From: Natronomonas sp.
GTDB taxonomy: Archaea; Halobacteriota; Halobacteria; Halobacteriales; Natrialbaceae
Direction of reading: 5' to 3'
Length of the DNA stretch: 64,000 nt
Assembly: GCA_047617305.1 (NCBI GenBank)
Contig: JBLGCL010000001.1
Coordinates: 5,936 to 69,935 of the forward strand
Shown: positions 62,991-64,000 of the stretch, one piece after another
How positions within the stretch are numbered: the first letter of the stretch is position 1
Layout: every line of letters begins with the position of its first letter
Made by a program: the position numbers and the translations under genes
Notes under the pieces: model-generated
Databases searched by the model: none
The model's input: the letters and a program-made list of their open reading frames with translations, nothing else
Told to the model about the DNA's origin: nothing

Positions 62991-63833
62991 CTAACCGAGT
63001 TCCGATCGCTCGAACGAGAGGTATCCGACCGCCAACGAGATGGCCGACCACGCCAGCAGTACGGCCGCGTTGAACCAGAGTTCGGCGTACATCCTGTCGT
63101 CGGTGTTGAACTGCTGGAACGCCGGATACTGATCGATAACGCCGGCGAACACCGCCTTGCTGGCCTGGAGGTACCCCGTCGCCGGGGAAAGGAACCCGAT
63201 GTAGGTCCGGGACGTCTCCGAGAGGGAAATACCGGGGACGTCGGCGATCGTGTCGAGCGCGGTCTCGAGGTTGATGAAGGGAAGGAAGCCGAACCAGAAC
63301 AGCACCAGCACGAAGTACGCGCCAAGCGCGCCGAACATGGCGCGCGATCGCGATGGGGCACCGGCCGAAATCGCGAGGAAGAGGCTCACGAACGCGAGGG
63401 CGTAGAGCAACGACACCCCACCGAAGAGCAGGAAGCGCTCGACGTCCGGGAAGTCGACGAACGTGGCCGCAGAGATCGCGAACCCGACCGCCGTGCTGAG
63501 GACGACGGCCGCCGCGGCGACGCCGAACCGCGAGAGGAACTTCCCGGCGAAGTACTGCCACCGCCGGTTGGGCAGCCCCATGACGTACGTGATGGTCCCG
63601 CTGATGCGATCCCCGGCGATGCTGAGGTAGCACAGCGGCGCGAGAAACAGGGGCAAGACGAACGCGACGAACGCCACCGCGTCGAACAGCGTCCGGTAGG
63701 GTTCGTCGTAGATGGTCATCTCCGAGAAGAAGATGAGCGCCATCAGCCCGGCGAACACCCCGATCACGCCCAGGACGATGTAGGACCGGCGGGCGTTGCG
63801 GAAGTCGTCGCGAGCGACCGTGTAGATCCCCAT
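62991..63833 (-). CDS. ABC-2 type transporter permease
   Basis: ORF 62991..63833 (280 aa). The six-TM layout is typical of ABC-2/NosY-like permeases. Its ATG overlaps the stop of the upstream ATPase gene. Confidence 0.78.
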   Translation of the reverse strand: MGIYTVARDDFRNARRSYIVLGVIGVFAGLMALIFFSEMTIYDEPYRTLFDAVAFVAFVLPLFLAPLCYLSIAGDRISGTITYVMGLPNRRWQYFAGKFLSRFGVAAAAVVLSTAVGFAISAATFVDFPDVERFLLFGGVSLLYALAFVSLFLAISAGAPSRSRAMFGALGAYFVLVLFWFGFLPFINLETALDTIADVPGISLSETSRTYIGFLSPATGYLQASKAVFAGVIDQYPAFQQFNTDDRMYAELWFNAAVLLAWSAISLAVGYLSFERSELG

Positions 63834-64000
63834 CAGTCCTCACCTCCCGGGGCCGCGGTGGCGTCGTCCTCGGCCGGGGCGGTGGCTGCAGGACCGTCGG
63901 CTGCATCCCGCATCTCGTCGCCCGTCCCGCCGTTGGTGTACTTCTCGAACAGTGCCTCCAGGGACGTGTCCTCGACGTCGAGATCGCGAACCGTCCCGGC
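63833..64000 (-). CDS. C-terminal end of an ABC transporter ATP-binding protein (5' part outside the window)
   Basis: Manual reverse translation gives ...GTVRDLDVEDTSLEALFEKYTNGGTGDEMRDAADGPAATAPAEDDATAAPGGED followed by a stop (tca at 63833-63835). The DTSLEALF-type ending is typical of ABC-2 ATPases, and the gene is coupled to the permease downstream. Confidence 0.6.
   Translation of the reverse strand, partial: AGTVRDLDVEDTSLEALFEKYTNGGTGDEMRDAADGPAATAPAEDDATAAPGGED

Overview
This window looks like haloarchaeal (class Halobacteria) chromosomal DNA. It is visibly GC-rich, roughly two-thirds G+C by eye. The predicted proteins are strongly acidic, codon third positions are G/C-dominated, secreted proteins carry twin-arginine plus lipobox signals, and TTTAWA-like TATA boxes sit about 28-33 nt upstream of many start codons. 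I call about 76 protein-coding genes on both strands. Most of the other ORFs in the six-frame track are Arg/Pro/Gly-rich out-of-frame or antisense artefacts of the high GC content. I found no rRNA, tRNA, CRISPR array, transposase or integrase. Recognisable content:
- Translation and ribosome: Trm1, L40e, Tsr3, aIF5A, a CsaA-like tRNA-binding protein.
- A deoxyhypusine locus: aIF5A, agmatinase, a Zn-ribbon protein, NIF3, deoxyhypusine synthase.
- Tetrapyrrole and cofactor genes: hemA, hemE, cbiA, tandem moeA genes, pterin-4a-carbinolamine dehydratase.
- A phnDCE transporter.
- DNA repair and replication: family-4 UDG next to a DUF99 protein, Nfo, DnaG, a GIY-YIG protein.
- Isoprenoid glycan-carrier genes: a canonical cis-prenyltransferase, a catalytically degenerate paralogue, and a DUF92 membrane protein.
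- A SAMP2-like ubiquitin-like modifier ending in Gly-Gly.
- Two tandem MacB/FtsX-type ABC exporter pairs.
- Central metabolism: rpiA, cysK, phosphomutase.
The items most worth a second look are:
- A covalent-nucleotidyltransferase (RNA-ligase-like) protein whose catalytic residues all appear to be substituted.
- The NgBR-like degenerate cis-prenyltransferase.
- An orphan Csa3/CARF-like wHTH regulator that is divergent from a membrane-tethered ArsR-type factor, with perfect palindromes in the spacer between them.
- A 464-nt GC-rich non-coding block upstream of the phn operon, which could be a structured RNA or a decayed gene.
- A 482-nt composite AT-rich/GC-rich non-coding block.
- A single-nucleotide frameshift in a GIDE-like membrane protein gene.
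- 46-nt direct repeats flanking a small membrane-protein gene.
- Gene-conversion-like identity tracts between the duplicated ABC genes.
No database search or RNA folding could be run, so all family assignments come from motif recognition by eye.
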